From: a virus
IMG/VR virus record: IMGVR_UViG_3300032898_000001
Span: 1-64,000 of that record
Strand: one strand, 5' to 3'
DNA: 64,000 nt
Numbering within the stretch: position 1 is the first letter of the stretch; every line of letters begins with the position of its first letter. The translations under genes and the position numbers were made by a program. This document shows positions 18,330 through 27,169 of the stretch, piece by piece. The notes under the pieces are model-generated. The model saw nothing but the letters and a program-made list of their open reading frames with translations, made no database searches and had not been told where the DNA came from.

Positions 18330-18700
18330 CCGCACTGATCGATGACGCTCTCATCCTCCTGGGTCTCCTGTGCTCCTTGTTCGTCGTCGTGAGGTACTCG
18401 ACCCAAGGCTGGTACAAGAACCCGATCGGGCCGATCATCATGATCGCGTTCGTGATCATGACATTTCTCTACGGTAAATCGGCCCTGTCTATCTTCACCG
18501 GTCACGAGCCCATGACCGGCGTGGTCTATACGGTGACCAACGCGGTGTGTGCCGCCCTCTCCGTCTACGGCGCGGTCGTCGTCGACCGCCTGGTGCGGAT
18601 TCGGTCCCGGCAACGGCGTCTGGACCGGGACCGAAAGAGAGTCGACGAGCGCCTCAGCTTCCTGTCAAGCACCTCGTCCACGTCCCCGACCGATGAGTAG
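18326..18700 (+). CDS. Three-TM holin-like membrane protein
   Basis: 3 TM segments, WYKNPIG, basic C-tail. Confidence 0.6.
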   Translation: MTALIDDALILLGLLCSLFVVVRYSTQGWYKNPIGPIIMIAFVIMTFLYGKSALSIFTGHEPMTGVVYTVTNAVCAALSVYGAVVVDRLVRIRSRQRRLDRDRKRVDERLSFLSSTSSTSPTDE

Positions 18701-19067
18701 CCACGAGCACGTCCCACACCCGCGGGACTTCCTGCCGGCGGAACGAGCCGCCTGGGCGTGGGTCAACCGCTCCCTGACGACCACGCTCGGGTCCAACGTG
18801 GTCTTCCTGCTGTGCTTCATCGTGCCGCTCCTGGCCGTACCGGCCAGTGAGAGCGTCAAGCTCATCGTGGGAATCGTGTTCAGCAACTGGTTCCAGGCGT
18901 GGGCGCTTCCCGTGCTACAGAAGGGTCAGGCCGCCGGCGACCTCAAGCGGGACGCGAAGATGGACGCCGACCACCGGGCCCTCACCTACCTAGCGCAGCA
19001 GGTAGATGAGATCAACAAAAAACTCGGCGCTCTTCAGGTCCACAGTGGACCCAACGAGGTACGCTGA
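18693..19067 (+). CDS. Membrane protein (DUF1003-like)
   Basis: Two TM, SNWFQAWALPVLQKGQ..D..ADH. Confidence 0.5.
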   Translation: MSSHEHVPHPRDFLPAERAAWAWVNRSLTTTLGSNVVFLLCFIVPLLAVPASESVKLIVGIVFSNWFQAWALPVLQKGQAAGDLKRDAKMDADHRALTYLAQQVDEINKKLGALQVHSGPNEVR

Positions 19068-19099
19068 GACCGAGACGTATTCCCGTACCAGGAGGTCCC

Positions 19100-19927
19100 G
19101 TGTACCAGGGAACCACCCCCACCAAGTTCGGTCGCTACGCGGTCGCCGAACCGCTGCGCTTCGACCTCTTTCACCACCACGACCCGGCCACCGAGCTCAA
19201 GACCGTCGACCACGAGCCCCCCGTCCCGGTCCTCGACCAGGAGGACCTCATCGCGCAGGGCATCGACACCAGCGCCCTGATCCCCGGTGCTCAGAAGGTC
19301 GACGCGCTCGGATCCTGTACCTGCAACGCGGGCACCGTGCACCTGGCCGAGCGCCTGCACGCCGTCAAACCCGACACCGTGGCCGCGCTCAACGGGATCC
19401 AGCTCGGCCAGGACGCGGTCAACAACGAGAAGTTCGCGATCTCGCTGTACCACGAGGTCACCGACCAGACCGGGGACCCGAGCCAGGAGTGGCCGCCCAC
19501 CGACTGCGGCTCGACCGGCCTGTACGTGATGACTGAGCTGGTGAAGCTCGGTCTGGCCACGTCCTACAAGACCGCGGCCAACGTCACCGACGCGCTCTCC
19601 CTCCTGCAGGACGGCACGGTCATCATCGGCACCCCGTTCTTCAACGCGTGGATGGAACCCGGCCCGGACGCGTTCCTCGACGGGAACGGCAAGACGAGCG
19701 ACCTGCAGCGCGCCATCGACTCGGGGGTCGCCGGCGGCCACGAAACCTGCCTCACCGCGATCGAGAGCATCTCCTACAGTGGCTCTACCGTCGACCTCGA
19801 GCACACGATTCTGCGGGTGCGAAACTCCTGGTCGAGCTCGTGGGGCGACAACGGGTCGTTCCGGCTGCACGCGTCGACCCTGCACTACCTCGCCTCGTAC
19901 GTCGACTTCAAGCAAGCAGTCATCTGA
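19100..19927 (+). CDS. Papain-family (C1-like) cysteine peptidase
   Basis: LDQ..LGSCTCNA (Cys), GGHE (His), VRNSWSSSWGDNG (Asn). Confidence 0.85.
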   Translation: MYQGTTPTKFGRYAVAEPLRFDLFHHHDPATELKTVDHEPPVPVLDQEDLIAQGIDTSALIPGAQKVDALGSCTCNAGTVHLAERLHAVKPDTVAALNGIQLGQDAVNNEKFAISLYHEVTDQTGDPSQEWPPTDCGSTGLYVMTELVKLGLATSYKTAANVTDALSLLQDGTVIIGTPFFNAWMEPGPDAFLDGNGKTSDLQRAIDSGVAGGHETCLTAIESISYSGSTVDLEHTILRVRNSWSSSWGDNGSFRLHASTLHYLASYVDFKQAVI

Positions 19928-19937
19928 GGAGGTTCTC

Positions 19938-20417
19938 GTGTGGACTCGATTGAAGGCGCTCTTGGCCTATGAGCCGGCCGCGCTGGCCTGGGCGGTGAAC
20001 GGTGGCCTGGCAGCCGCGCTCGTGTTCTTGTTCCACCTCGACGGGACCCAGGCCGCCGCGGTCACCACCATCACGACCGCCCTGGCCGCCGCGTTCACCG
20101 CGGTCAAGGCCCGACCGGTCGCCGTGTCGGTCCTAGTTGGCTCGGCCGCGACGATCGCGACCGCCTGCGCCGCGTTCGGCCTGAACCTCACCCCGCAGGT
20201 GATCGCCACCGGCGTCGCGGTACTTTCGGCTGTCCTGGGACTGGTATTCCGTCAGAACCTGACTCCCGCGATGCGCGTTACGACCACGACGGTCACGATT
20301 TCACCCTCAACCAGTAGCGGCGTACTGTCTACCGGATTCCTGCAGTACGACCTTCACAACGACCCCGGCCCCGGTGGTACCGCGGTCGCTCCGGTCCCTC
20401 CCAAGGAGACGCCGTGA
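19938..20417 (+). CDS. Holin-like multi-TM protein
   Basis: GAGGAGG RBS; EPA start motif, four hydrophobic helices, RQNLTP. Confidence 0.7.
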   Translation: MWTRLKALLAYEPAALAWAVNGGLAAALVFLFHLDGTQAAAVTTITTALAAAFTAVKARPVAVSVLVGSAATIATACAAFGLNLTPQVIATGVAVLSAVLGLVFRQNLTPAMRVTTTTVTISPSTSSGVLSTGFLQYDLHNDPGPGGTAVAPVPPKETP

Positions 20418-20593
20418 ACACGTTCAAGCTCATCGTGTTGCCCCTGGCCATCCTGCTCATCGGCCTCGGCATCCTCATCGGCGCTACCCCGCTCGGGAAC
20501 CCGCCGCGGTTCAACGTCGGCTGGCTGCTCGTGCTCTTCGGCACGATCCTCGCCGGGGTCGCGATGGTCCTGGACCTCACCGCGACGTCCTGA
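20414..20593 (+). CDS. Small two-TM membrane protein (59 aa, not in ORF track)
   Basis: AAGGAG RBS, GTG; PPRFNVGWL loop between hydrophobic helices. Confidence 0.6.
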   Translation: MNTFKLIVLPLAILLIGLGILIGATPLGNPPRFNVGWLLVLFGTILAGVAMVLDLTATS

Positions 20594-20639
20594 TACGGTC
20601 CGGTTCACTATTCCCTCGACCCGATTTGGGGTGGGCGTG

Positions 20640-21005
20640 ATGCCACGAGAGATCATTCAAGCCGTGCCGTACCCGGACGGCGTGTCCCGGCGAGTCACCC
20701 TGTCGTGGGGCTGGAACCCCGACCAGAGTAGCGTCGTCGCGTTGCTCGACATCGACGAGCACGACCCTCAGAAGTTCGAGGACCGTCGTGAGATCGGTCC
20801 CACCGGGCAGACCCAGGCGGAGTTCTGGACGAGCGTGATCAATGTCCCGCTGTATACCAGCGAGATCGAGCAGCTGATCCGTGCCGCGCGCCGCGCCGAG
20901 AAGAGCTACTATAAGCTCGTAGAAGCCAGCATCGACCGCTCCAAGATCGTCACTTGCTCGTGCGGTCCCAAAGAGGGGTGCTCGAACTGCCACCCCGGTC
21001 TCTAA
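20640..21005 (+). CDS. Hypothetical protein
   Basis: EIEQLIRAARRA helix, Cys-rich end. Confidence 0.55.
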   Translation: MPREIIQAVPYPDGVSRRVTLSWGWNPDQSSVVALLDIDEHDPQKFEDRREIGPTGQTQAEFWTSVINVPLYTSEIEQLIRAARRAEKSYYKLVEASIDRSKIVTCSCGPKEGCSNCHPGL

Positions 21006-21017
21006 CTGATCACACGA

Positions 21018-21049
21018 GAGAGCCCCACTCCCGGCGGAGTGGGGCTCTC
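21018..21049. terminator. Bidirectional terminator hairpin between late and replication arms
   Basis: GAGAGCCCCACTCC-CGGC-GGAGTGGGGCTCTC. Confidence 0.75.
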
Positions 21050-21057
21050 GTGGGCTG

Positions 21058-21621
21058 TCAACCGAACATCTTGCTGGCGCAGACGGGACCGATGCCCTCG
21101 GCCACGCTCTTGGCCGCCTTCAGGTGACGGTGGCAGTTGATGCACCGCTCGAAGCGGATCAGCAGGCTCTCGGCCTGCAGCATCGTCAGGCGCTCGCTGA
21201 GGTCCAGCGCCTTCATCATGCCCGGGGCAAACACGAGCTCGAAGTCGACGACCTCACCCTTCTCGGTCAGTCGCGGGGCCGACTCCACGACGCGCATCGC
21301 GTAGAGACGAGTCTTGTCCTTGCGGGGCTTGACCACGAAGAGTTGCCCGTCGTGCTGGTAGACCCCCATCACGAGGGGCTGCTTGGCGGGCTGCTGCTTC
21401 GCGGCGGGCCGCAGCGGCAGTTTCTTCAACCAGTCGATGGTGTCACTGGCGAGCTTGCGCTCGAGGTGCTTGACCCCGACCTCGTGGTTTGAGAGCAGCT
21501 GAGCCAGGCGACCCGCGTGCTGCTCCGGGACGAGGCGGTCCTTGGCCAGGTCCTTGAGGTAGTTGACCTGGCTGGGGGTGGCGAGCTTGGCCGGCTGGTT
21601 GAGGGTCATGGCGTAGGTCAT
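21058..21621 (-). CDS. DUF6011-like zinc-finger protein
   Basis: ATPSQVNYL N-terminus; CINCHRHL..SVAEGIGPVC. Confidence 0.7.
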   Translation of the reverse strand: MTYAMTLNQPAKLATPSQVNYLKDLAKDRLVPEQHAGRLAQLLSNHEVGVKHLERKLASDTIDWLKKLPLRPAAKQQPAKQPLVMGVYQHDGQLFVVKPRKDKTRLYAMRVVESAPRLTEKGEVVDFELVFAPGMMKALDLSERLTMLQAESLLIRFERCINCHRHLKAAKSVAEGIGPVCASKMFG

Positions 21622-21661
21622 CGTGGTCTCCGTGAGCTCGGTTTTCCGTGCCGTTGAGACC

Positions 21662-21693
21662 ACTATACCACCACGCCGTCAACATGTAAACAG
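21662..21693 (-). promoter_or_regulatory. Conserved phage promoter
   Basis: CTG-TTTACA-N17-TATAGT. Confidence 0.8.
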
Positions 21694-21921
21694 CTACTCG
21701 ACGCCGTACTGGTCCCGGTACCAGGCGTGAACGGCCTTCCAGAGAAACCGCCGCGTGTCACCCCCGTTGGGAGTCGGCAGCATGCGGCCTCCGGGAAACC
21801 CGTTCCTCGCCCGCCGGCGCCACCAGGCGTACACGTTCTGGCGACTGATCTGACGGCCGTAGCGCTCGTTCAACCAGGCGGCGATCTGCGTGTAGCCGCC
21901 TTCGATGGGCTCGTCATCCAC
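21694..21921 (-). CDS. Small HTH DNA-binding protein
   Basis: GGAGGTG RBS; GYTQIAAWL..ISRQNVYAWW..FP (AlpA/Xis-like). Confidence 0.65.
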   Translation of the reverse strand: MDDEPIEGGYTQIAAWLNERYGRQISRQNVYAWWRRRARNGFPGGRMLPTPNGGDTRRFLWKAVHAWYRDQYGVE

Positions 21922-22050
21922 GCGGCTTTCACCTCCTTCAGGTCCTGTATTAAGGTGGATAGGCGCGCCCCTCTCGCCCGCTGTCATCGAGAGGGGCGCG
22001 TCCGTCTGTGGGTGCTTTTCCTGCTCATTCCAGGTCTAGCTCGTGTCACG

Positions 22051-22083
22051 ATCTTATCACTTCACGGGGGTAGATGTAAACAC
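22051..22083 (-). promoter_or_regulatory. Conserved phage promoter
   Basis: GTG-TTTACA-N18-TAAGAT. Confidence 0.7.
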
Positions 22084-22089
22084 CCGTGG

Positions 22090-23364
22090 TCACGCGGGCA
22101 GTGAGACCTCGGTCACCGGGCGCCGAACGGTCGACACGTCGATGAGACGGCTACCGTCCGCCTGCTCCTGGCCGATCAGAGATCCCGGGTTCCCGTCCAG
22201 GCTCTGTCGCAGCCAGGTCATGACCCAGCGAGCCGGGTGCACCGACGTGCCCTTTCCCCAGAACGAGCCGAGGGCCCGGACGTCCTTGCACGGCTCAATC
22301 AGGTAATCGTCCGGGAACCCCATCAGGCGCGCGACCTCCCGGTGGGTGGCGAACCGGTTGTGGGGGTGCCAGACCATGAATGGTCCCGCGCCGTTGATGA
22401 CCCGGCCAGGCTCGTCCCACGGCCAGTGGCGGGGTCGCGAGAAGCCACCGACCTTGAAGCCCTTCTCGATGAGCTGCTTGTCTCGAGTGAGGTGCCCGAG
22501 CCCGGACCGACTGGCCTTGCCATCGTAATGCCAGGACTCCGGTAGCTCCCCGTTCGTCTCGTAGTACCGTCGCAGGACCTCTTCCTCGCTGTCTCCGACC
22601 GGCCACGGTACGGCCCGGTCCCCCGTGACGAGGTCCATCACGCGCTTCTGGTAGTCCACGCCGCCGACCGGCAGATGGTGTCCGTCCACCTTGCCCGTGG
22701 ACGCCGATACCTGGCCGAGCGACCACCACGTAGGAGGGCTCTGGTAGAGCTGAGGCTCCCAGCTGAGCGACAGGTCGGTGAGGTCCCCGATCGCGTCCCC
22801 GACGGTGGCGAGCCGTGTCGGCGGCTCAAACTCCACGCCGAACGGGACCCGGCTGAGAACCAGGAAATACCGGCGGCGCTTGGTCGCCCCACCGAGCAGC
22901 CAGTTGTTCTGCAGGACGTGCGTGGCGTGGTACCGAAGACCGGTGCCGGCGTTCAAGGTCTCGTTGAGCTCTCGCATCAGGGTGATGCCCTGGCTGTACG
23001 CCTGGCCGACCGATTCCATGACGACTGCGAGAGGCCGGACCTTGACGGCGTAGCCGATGAGGTCCCGCATGCAGTTGTTGATCGAGGAGTGAACGCCGTG
23101 GGCGGCGGTCCCCACCGACATGCCGCTGAACGCGGCACACGGCGGGGTACCGACCACGACGTCGGCGGTCACGGGCTCCCAGTCGACCGGGTCCCCGATC
23201 TGGGCCTGCCAGCTGTCACCGAGAAAACGACGGTTCGCTTCCATCAGAGGGAGGCCGAAGCCACCGGGCTTCTCGGTCTTGCCAACGAGCTGGAAGCCGG
23301 CCTGCGTGGCCCCGACGGCCATACCACCGGCAAATCCCTGGCAGTCAGCGAACCGGTAGCTCAT
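22090..23364 (-). CDS. Divergent DNA cytosine-C5 methyltransferase
   Basis: GFAGG (I), GTPPCAAFS (IV), MESV (VI), KRRRYF (VIII), REVARLMGFPDD (IX), GKG (X). Confidence 0.8.
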   Translation of the reverse strand: MSYRFADCQGFAGGMAVGATQAGFQLVGKTEKPGGFGLPLMEANRRFLGDSWQAQIGDPVDWEPVTADVVVGTPPCAAFSGMSVGTAAHGVHSSINNCMRDLIGYAVKVRPLAVVMESVGQAYSQGITLMRELNETLNAGTGLRYHATHVLQNNWLLGGATKRRRYFLVLSRVPFGVEFEPPTRLATVGDAIGDLTDLSLSWEPQLYQSPPTWWSLGQVSASTGKVDGHHLPVGGVDYQKRVMDLVTGDRAVPWPVGDSEEEVLRRYYETNGELPESWHYDGKASRSGLGHLTRDKQLIEKGFKVGGFSRPRHWPWDEPGRVINGAGPFMVWHPHNRFATHREVARLMGFPDDYLIEPCKDVRALGSFWGKGTSVHPARWVMTWLRQSLDGNPGSLIGQEQADGSRLIDVSTVRRPVTEVSLPA

Positions 23365-23768
23365 ACCGGCATCGTATCAGGTTCACCGTCCACAGTGGAC
23401 CGCTTCAGGGCCCAGTTCCCGTCGTAGTTACTGGAAGCACGTCGTTGGTTGATCCGGTTCTTCTGGTCGTAAGCGTACTCCAGCGCGTTGCCCGAGATCC
23501 CGGCAACCAGAGCCAGGTTCAGCAGGAACGTGAAGATGTCCGCGAGCTCCTTCTCGAACTCCACGCCGTCGATCGCGTCTCCCCGGTACGCGGTGACCCA
23601 CGGCTTCCACTGCACCGTGTCAAGCAGCTCGTGGGCCTCGTGGGTGAGAGCCAGGACCATGTCCCGGATGTATTTGACCCGGTGCTCGTCGCTCATCGTG
23701 TCGAAGTCGTAACCGAGCTGCTCCTGCAGCTGGCGCTGCACGTGAATGAGATCGTCGAGAGTGCTCAC
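23361..23768 (-). CDS. Dimeric dUTPase/dCTPase-like NTP pyrophosphohydrolase
   Basis: EAHEL..WKPW..ELADIFTF..Y.QKNRIN.RR. Confidence 0.8.
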   Translation of the reverse strand: MSTLDDLIHVQRQLQEQLGYDFDTMSDEHRVKYIRDMVLALTHEAHELLDTVQWKPWVTAYRGDAIDGVEFEKELADIFTFLLNLALVAGISGNALEYAYDQKNRINQRRASSNYDGNWALKRSTVDGEPDTMPV

Positions 23769-24808
23769 TTCACCATCTCCTGGGCTCGTTGGATCGCCTG
23801 GTTCACCTGGATCTTGACGTCGATGAGCCCGGCCTGGTGCTTGAAGAACGCGTCCCGTTGAGCGTGAACCAGCTCCTCGAGCTGAGACACCGTCATCTTC
23901 TCGACGACGTGGGGGTCGAGCTGGTAGGGCTCTCCGAGCTGCGGGGCCTCGGCCGGGTCACAGAGCAGGAGGGCCCCGGCTCGCGCCGCGTAGACGAACC
24001 GGTTCCGCCACCAGCCCGTACCGAGGATCCGCTTGTACGGCGGGGACAGGACACCCCAGGCGAGGCCGTAGAGCCCCACGAGGTCCCTCTCCAGCATCTT
24101 CTGAGGTGCTCGACTGGCGCGGCCCCCGAGGTGGTTGAGGTCCCACGTGAGTCCCAGGGACTCGAGCCAGGTGAGCTGGTTGGAGACCGTGCCGAGCACC
24201 CACTCTCGCTTCCGGTACCACGGCAGCGCTCGCTCGATCTCGTACTCGCGGGCCAGGGGCGACACGTCCACGTAGGTCACGTCGCGCATCCACGGGACCC
24301 GGTCACCGAGCTCGTGGTGCTCGCCCCACGTGAACGCCGGGATGAGCACCGGGGGCCAGTAGCTCGGGTTGGTCAAGTTCTCCATGACCTGAAGCAGCAT
24401 CCTGGCGTGGATCGGCTCACTGGCCCACTCGTAGTCCCGACGGGACTTGAAGAACGGCTTGAGGAGCTGCGTCTCCCCGTAGCGCAGGTGGGTCTTGACG
24501 TTGGCCGTGAACTGCGGGAAGTTCCAGTCGTCGAAGTAGAAGATGAGTGGGATCCCGAGGACCTTGGCCTGATTGATCGCGGCGAGGGTCGGGTAGAGGT
24601 TGTTACTGGCGATGGAGAAGAACGGCACGAGCCCGATGAGCATCAGGTCGTACCCGGACAGGTCGGTGCCAGCGGGGTGCGCGCCGTGGTCGACCTCGTG
24701 GCCGAGCGCGGTGAGTGCCTTGACGAACAGGTCACTCACCGGCTCGTACCCGAGGGTCGTGCCGCCACCTCGCTGCTGCTTCGTGCAGCCGGTCGCGTAA
24801 ATCTTCAC
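23765..24808 (-). CDS. Putative GT-B glycosyltransferase (DNA base glycosylation)
   Basis: MKIY.TG, LTALGHEVD, DLSGYD, YFDDW, C-terminal GVLSPPY..WWRNRF..AGA; neighbourhood. Confidence 0.6.
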   Translation of the reverse strand: MKIYATGCTKQQRGGGTTLGYEPVSDLFVKALTALGHEVDHGAHPAGTDLSGYDLMLIGLVPFFSIASNNLYPTLAAINQAKVLGIPLIFYFDDWNFPQFTANVKTHLRYGETQLLKPFFKSRRDYEWASEPIHARMLLQVMENLTNPSYWPPVLIPAFTWGEHHELGDRVPWMRDVTYVDVSPLAREYEIERALPWYRKREWVLGTVSNQLTWLESLGLTWDLNHLGGRASRAPQKMLERDLVGLYGLAWGVLSPPYKRILGTGWWRNRFVYAARAGALLLCDPAEAPQLGEPYQLDPHVVEKMTVSQLEELVHAQRDAFFKHQAGLIDVKIQVNQAIQRAQEMVK

Positions 24809-24809
24809 G

Positions 24810-25418
24810 TCAGAACGGGAGCCCCGGAGCGGGCGGGACCTCGGTGATCGGCACGGTGGGAGCTGCGGCCGGGACCGGAGCGGATGCCGGAGCTGCCGGG
24901 GTGGGAGCGAGCGCCGCCACGGGAGCCGGAGCCGGGGCCGTCGGGGTGGGTGCCGCGACGGTCGGCATGGCCGGGGTACCGGCTGGTGCCGGGGCAGCGA
25001 CCGCGGCTCCCCCGTCGAGAGGCGGCATGACCGCGTCGACCTGGTTGCGGTCCTGCTCGTTCCACTGCCGGATGCTCACCTTCAGGCGAGCCCGGCGACC
25101 GACCAGGGCGGAGGCGACCTGGGCCATGGACGGGTTGGTGGCGAAGAACGCCTCGTTGAGACCGAGCGAGGCCATGTGACGGAAGAAGAACGCGAGAGCG
25201 ACCTCGTTGTCGGGGGTGACGACGAAGTTGTTGAAGATCTTCCGTCCCTGGTTGGGGCCGTTCTCGATCTTGAACACGGCGACGACCATGTCCTTGCCGT
25301 TGCCCGACTGCTTGGCCTCGGCGGAGTCGACGAAGACGTCGTAGATGGCCGGCTCGACCGGGTCGATGCTGGCCTCACCGGCGGCCTTCTGGAGCTCGCT
25401 CCAGTTCACGGAACCCAT
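24810..25418 (-). CDS. DUF669-like single-stranded DNA-binding protein
   Basis: AEAKQSGNGKDM..FKI.NGP.QGRKIF; Pro/Ala tail ending LPF. Confidence 0.75.
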   Translation of the reverse strand: MGSVNWSELQKAAGEASIDPVEPAIYDVFVDSAEAKQSGNGKDMVVAVFKIENGPNQGRKIFNNFVVTPDNEVALAFFFRHMASLGLNEAFFATNPSMAQVASALVGRRARLKVSIRQWNEQDRNQVDAVMPPLDGGAAVAAPAPAGTPAMPTVAAPTPTAPAPAPVAALAPTPAAPASAPVPAAAPTVPITEVPPAPGLPF

Positions 25419-25421
25419 GGA

Positions 25422-26207
25422 TCATCCTTCCTGAGAAACAACCGACACGTCCAGCTCCGACACGGATGCTGCGGACGATGTCACCGGTAGAACTCTGGTC
25501 TCCCCCCGCACCATCGAGAGGATCTCGCTGATGTTGGGGTCGTCGAGGTAGGCCGGGATGCGCCCGGCCAGGCGGTTCCCGGTCTCAAACCCCGGGAACG
25601 TGTCACAGAACAGGCGACGGATCTGGGTGCCGTCCTCCTGCGGGGCCTTGACCATGTAGGCGCAGAGGTCCACGTAGTACGGAAACGTGGTAGCCATGCT
25701 GCCCTGCATGTACGGGTACCAGGCCCCGTCACCGTTCTGCTTGGTCATCGCGATGAAGATCACCGCGTCGAGCGGGTTGGTCGGGTGCGTGACGAGGTCC
25801 CGGAACTTGCGGATGAGGTCACTGAGGACCCGAAGCAGCTGGCCCCAGTCCTGCTGCTTCATCTGGTTGGTTCCGGCGATGTCGTCAACGACCCGCTGCT
25901 GGATCTCCGAAATGGAGTCCATGACCACGGACCGGAACGGGTGCTTGCCGGAGGCCAGCCAGTCGAAGGCCTTCTGCACGTCCCGGAAGCTGCGGACCGC
26001 GACCGACGCGGTGTCCCAGGTCCCATCCGCCGCGGGAGGTGGTTGGCTTACCGGGTCCCAGCCGATCTTCCGGCTCGGGGTGAACCGGCTGCCCGCTTCG
26101 GCGTCGAGAACGAGCCGGGGCGCCGGAGTCGTGTCCCCGAGCCAGGACTTGCCGGCCTTGCTCGGGCCAAAGATGATGGCGTTGATCCCGTAGTGCGGTG
26201 TCGTCAC
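25422..26207 (-). CDS. AAA_24/Sak4-like recombination ATPase
   Basis: GPSKAGKS Walker A, LDAEAG, VVMDSISE, QDWG. Confidence 0.8.
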   Translation of the reverse strand: MTTPHYGINAIIFGPSKAGKSWLGDTTPAPRLVLDAEAGSRFTPSRKIGWDPVSQPPPAADGTWDTASVAVRSFRDVQKAFDWLASGKHPFRSVVMDSISEIQQRVVDDIAGTNQMKQQDWGQLLRVLSDLIRKFRDLVTHPTNPLDAVIFIAMTKQNGDGAWYPYMQGSMATTFPYYVDLCAYMVKAPQEDGTQIRRLFCDTFPGFETGNRLAGRIPAYLDDPNISEILSMVRGETRVLPVTSSAASVSELDVSVVSQEG

Positions 26208-27169
26208 TCGTTCCTCACTTCCGGCTGGCCGAACGCGGCCAGGACCTCGTTGATCGTACCGCGAGACAGATAGGCGTACGGATCACCGACGACGTAGTTG
26301 GCCTGCAACGCTCCCTCCACCCTACTGCCGTCGTCGAACAGGGGACACACCTTCAGGAACGGGCAGCCCCAGCTGCAGGTGTCCGTGTAGTTGGGGAACA
26401 CGACCTCGTGGTGGTCGTGACCGTGGTCGAGCAGCTTCCGGGTCTTCTCGATCTTGGACGCGACGAGGATGACCCGCTGGTAGGTGGCGTTGAGGTCGTG
26501 GCGGTTGTACCCGATCTCGAGCTGCTCATAGAACGGGGGCGTGGCCCGGGTGGTGCGCTTCGACCGTTTGATCATGAGGTAGAGGGCGCCGGCCACGAAC
26601 TCGTCCTCGTTCTTGTTGAGGCTCAGCAGCATCGCGTAGTGCCGCATCTGCTGGTTGAGAACGAGCAGGTCACCTCTCGCGAACCCGCCAACCGTCTTGA
26701 AGTCCCGGAGCAGCAGCGCCCCGTTGGAGATCCGGCGCACGAGCTGGTCGAGCTTGCCGCGGAGCAGGACCCGGGCCTGGCTGGGAAGCTGGATGACGTG
26801 ACTGACCTCATTCTCGGTGGCGAGCACCTCGAGGTCCACGTCCAGGCCGGTCTCCTCGGTCCACTGCAGGTAGCCCTCCAGCATGGCCAGGGCGTAGTCT
26901 CGTTCCTTGATGAGGTCCTTCTCCCAGGCCGGGTTCTCCGCCGCGGTCTGGTCGTAGTCCCAGCGCAGCACGGCCAGGGGGTCGAGCTGATAGCCGTGGT
27001 ACGCCTCGAGAGCGAGGTGCACGTGGTTGCCGAGGTTCGCGACGTTGGTAGGAGACACCGACACCGGGTTGACCTGCAGGCGCCGGTAGTAGGCCAGCCA
27101 CCACTTCCGGGGACAGGTCTGCATGGTCTGGATCTCGCTGTTCGACAGCGCGAACGCGTAGTCGGTCAC
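26204..27169 (-). CDS. PD-(D/E)xK (RecB/Cas4-like) exonuclease
   Basis: CPRKW, GNHVH..LE, GKLD, DFKT, Q.RHY, C-terminal CSWGCPF..C. Confidence 0.85.
   Translation of the reverse strand: MTDYAFALSNSEIQTMQTCPRKWWLAYYRRLQVNPVSVSPTNVANLGNHVHLALEAYHGYQLDPLAVLRWDYDQTAAENPAWEKDLIKERDYALAMLEGYLQWTEETGLDVDLEVLATENEVSHVIQLPSQARVLLRGKLDQLVRRISNGALLLRDFKTVGGFARGDLLVLNQQMRHYAMLLSLNKNEDEFVAGALYLMIKRSKRTTRATPPFYEQLEIGYNRHDLNATYQRVILVASKIEKTRKLLDHGHDHHEVVFPNYTDTCSWGCPFLKVCPLFDDGSRVEGALQANYVVGDPYAYLSRGTINEVLAAFGQPEVRNE

Noticed and set aside
26204-27169. Cas4-like nuclease as evidence for CRISPR-Cas
   Set aside because: Sits in a Sak4/SSB recombination module; no cas1/cas2 or repeat-spacer array seen
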